Source of the DNA: the human T2T-CHM13v2.0 reference genome, Homo sapiens
Direction: 5' to 3' (one strand)
DNA: 64,000 nt
Assembly (NCBI RefSeq): GCF_009914755.1
Contig: NC_060947.1
Numbering within the stretch: position 1 is the first letter of the stretch; every line of letters starts with the position of its first letter. Shown here piece by piece: positions 61,608 through 64,000 of the stretch. Both the position numbers and the translations under genes were made by a program. Below the pieces are notes generated by a model. That model was not told where the DNA came from. It worked only from the letters and a program-made list of their open reading frames with translations, and ran no database searches.

Positions 61608-61638
<31 letters not shown>
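61608..61638. repeat. (CA)n microsatellite
   Basis: Direct reading. Confidence 0.95.
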
Positions 61639-61639
<1 letters not shown>

Positions 61640-62974
61640 CTTTAACTTTCTGCTTACTTTCATTTCTGCTAATATTGTACTTTGTGCTAATATAATTCAT
61701 TAGCTAAAATATTCATTTTTGTAGAGACTGAGCAAAAGGATAGCAGTCTTTTAAATAGAAATATCATACAGTATGGCCTTTGTGGTCAGTATACAAGACA
61801 AATATCCACATGGCATTTATCAAATAAAATTTATGTATGTGGACATTTTATTTACATGCATATGTTGGAAGAAAGCCATGTATTTTAAAAATAAAAATGA
61901 GCTGATCATTCTACAAACGTTGCAGTTGCCTATTATAATGAAATTGTGTGTTAAGTGTCACTCTTAAATCAATGGAGATGACATTTGCATATCAGTTTAA
62001 TTGCTTTGGATTAAACATTGAAAGATGAGAGCCAAGAGAGCTTATTAAGCTGAAATGAGGGCAAGTGATAAAAAAGTGATATTATGTCAACACTACATCT
62101 GGAGGTCTGTTGTTGTTTCCATTTTAAATTCTAAATTGCAGTGTTTCTAAAAAAATTATCATCAAATGCCATAGTTTTGAAATATAGTACAAAAATTAAA
62201 ACAGTTAATGCATCAATTGTGCTTGATAAATACAATTTGATTTGAAAGCCAAGCTAGGGTTTTCTCTACTTTGTTGAAATGTATTTCTTCTTAATGTACT
62301 AGATTGTAAGATTTTGAAAGCTTTTGAAAAACATTATGTCTTATTTACTGCTGTATCTTCAGGACTTTGACATAGTGTGTCCTGTAATAGGTGCTCAATA
62401 AATATTTGTGAATAAATGAGTCAATGCAAAGTATGGCAACACCTTCATAGTTACTGTAAAACACTCTAAGTGAGTTCCTGGGTACCGCTGATTTTGGTTG
62501 ATGCCAGAAACTGTATCCACAGCTCCCTACCATTCAGAAGCACTGTGTGCTCATTGGCCTTCTTCTTTGCTTGGGGGAATCATCAGTCATTATTAAATAT
62601 ATAAATTCCTGCAATGATCTACTTTGAAGTAGGCTATGTGGACTGTGGCATGTGTGAAGCAATTTGATTCCCAATTCTGAGGGTCTCCTGTAGGGGTGTT
62701 TGATTTGAGACTCCGCTTAGAAACCACCATTTGTTTGCTGTGACCACAGCATCAGAAAACTGATGACCCATCATTATCCAACGATAATGCAGACCTCTTT
62801 CATTTGCATTAGAGAATTTGCATCACTTCCAGGTATTCCCTATTGCTCATCGGAGTGATTTCATGTTTGCCAGATAGACTATATTGTGTTAGATCATCTA
62901 AAACATAGCCTTCAAATTTGTTTAAATTAATCCCTCCATTGCAGTTATATTGGGGGATTTATTTTATGGAATAT

Positions 62975-63170
62975 CTAAGCATCTTACAAGCATTATCTTC
63001 TCAATCCTTATAACAAGTGTGTGGAAAAAGTTCTATGAAATATCTTCATTTTACAGACGAGAAAACTGAGGCACGGGAAGGTTAAGTGGCATACCTACAG
63101 TATGTGGAAGAGCCAGGTTTTGAAATTAGACAGTCTGGTTCCAGAGGGTGTGTTCTTAACCACCGTGCTG
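62975..63170 (-). mobile_element. MIR SINE
   Basis: cattttacagacgagaaaactgaggcacgggaaggttaagtg core. Confidence 0.8.
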
Positions 63171-63249
63171 TGAGTAAATAGGTGCCTGAGGTTCCCCTAA
63201 GGTCCCTGAAAATGAAGTATTTTGTATGCCACATCTATTTCATTGTTGT

Positions 63250-63420
63250 TTTTAGCTTTTAATCATAGTACAAAAAAGGTAACATAAAATTTACCATCTT
63301 AACTTTTTAAGTATAGAGTTTCAGTAGTGTTAAGTACATTCACATTATTTTGCAACAGATCTTTAGAACTTTGAGTTTTAAAAATTCTATACCCATTGTA
63401 CAACTCCTCATATCCCCTGT
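63250..63420 (-). mobile_element. L1MA9/10-like 3' end fragment
   Basis: aacataaaatttaccatcttaac..cagtagtgttaagtacattcacatt..caacagatct. Confidence 0.7.
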
Positions 63421-63600
63421 CATATCTATTTTTAAGTACTATCATCCCAAACATAGCACCTCAATCTGATGAGAAGCTATCATACTATTATCACTTCAAA
63501 TATTAATAAACAGAGAAAGGAGAATTTTTGTATTTGCATAGATTAGTATATGCCCAGAATTCAAAATTTAGAAAAAATACGAATGCAGAAGAAATGGAGT

Positions 63601-64000
63601 TGTATTAATCCGTTCTCACATCGCTATAAGGAAATGCCTGAGACTGAGTCATTTATAAAGAAAGGGGGTTTAATTGGCTCACGATTTTGCAGGCTGGACA
63701 GGAAGCATAGTAGCTTCTGCATCTCGGGAGGCCTCAGGAAACTTATAATCATGGCAGAAGGTGAAGAGAAAGCAGTCAAGTCTCACATGCAGAGCAGGAG
63801 CTAGCAGGGGAGTGCCGCACACTTTTAAATGACCAGATCTCGTGAGAACTCTATCACTAGAACAGCACCAAGGGGATGGTGCTAACCATTCATGATGGAC
63901 CAAGCCCATGATCCAATCACCTCTCACCAGGCTCCACCTCCAACACTGGGGATTATAATGTGACATAAGATTTGGGTGGGGACAAAGATCCAAACCATAC
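63601..64000 (-). mobile_element. MSTA-like MaLR LTR reaching the window edge
   Basis: tgtattaatccgttctcacatcgctataagg..tttgggtggggacaaagatccaaaccat. Confidence 0.9.

Overview
AT-rich primate (almost certainly human) intronic or intergenic DNA made mostly of interspersed repeats: about 17 Alus, one full-length young SVA, solo LTRs (MaLR, ERV1 MER4/MER31/MER34/MER39-like, ERVL), old L1M/L2/MIR fragments, hAT and Tigger DNA-transposon relics, and microsatellites. I find no supportable protein-coding exon; the ORF track is explained by Alu, SVA, LTR and microsatellite sequence. I find no evidence of a new biological system. The best signals are retrotransposition and repair scars read directly from the sequence: (1) a minus-strand SVA with a ~490-bp 3' transduction, a second polyA signal and tail, and a 16-bp TSD around the whole unit (32140-35426); (2) a 22-nt tailless U6 snRNA 5' retrocopy between 19-bp TSDs (11482-11539); (3) two tandem Alus inside one perfect 16-bp TSD; (4) a templated insertion at an Alu deletion junction; (5) four co-oriented MER39-like solo LTRs in 34 kb. 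Repeat family names come from recalled consensus sequences, not a database search, and boundaries of old repeats are approximate.
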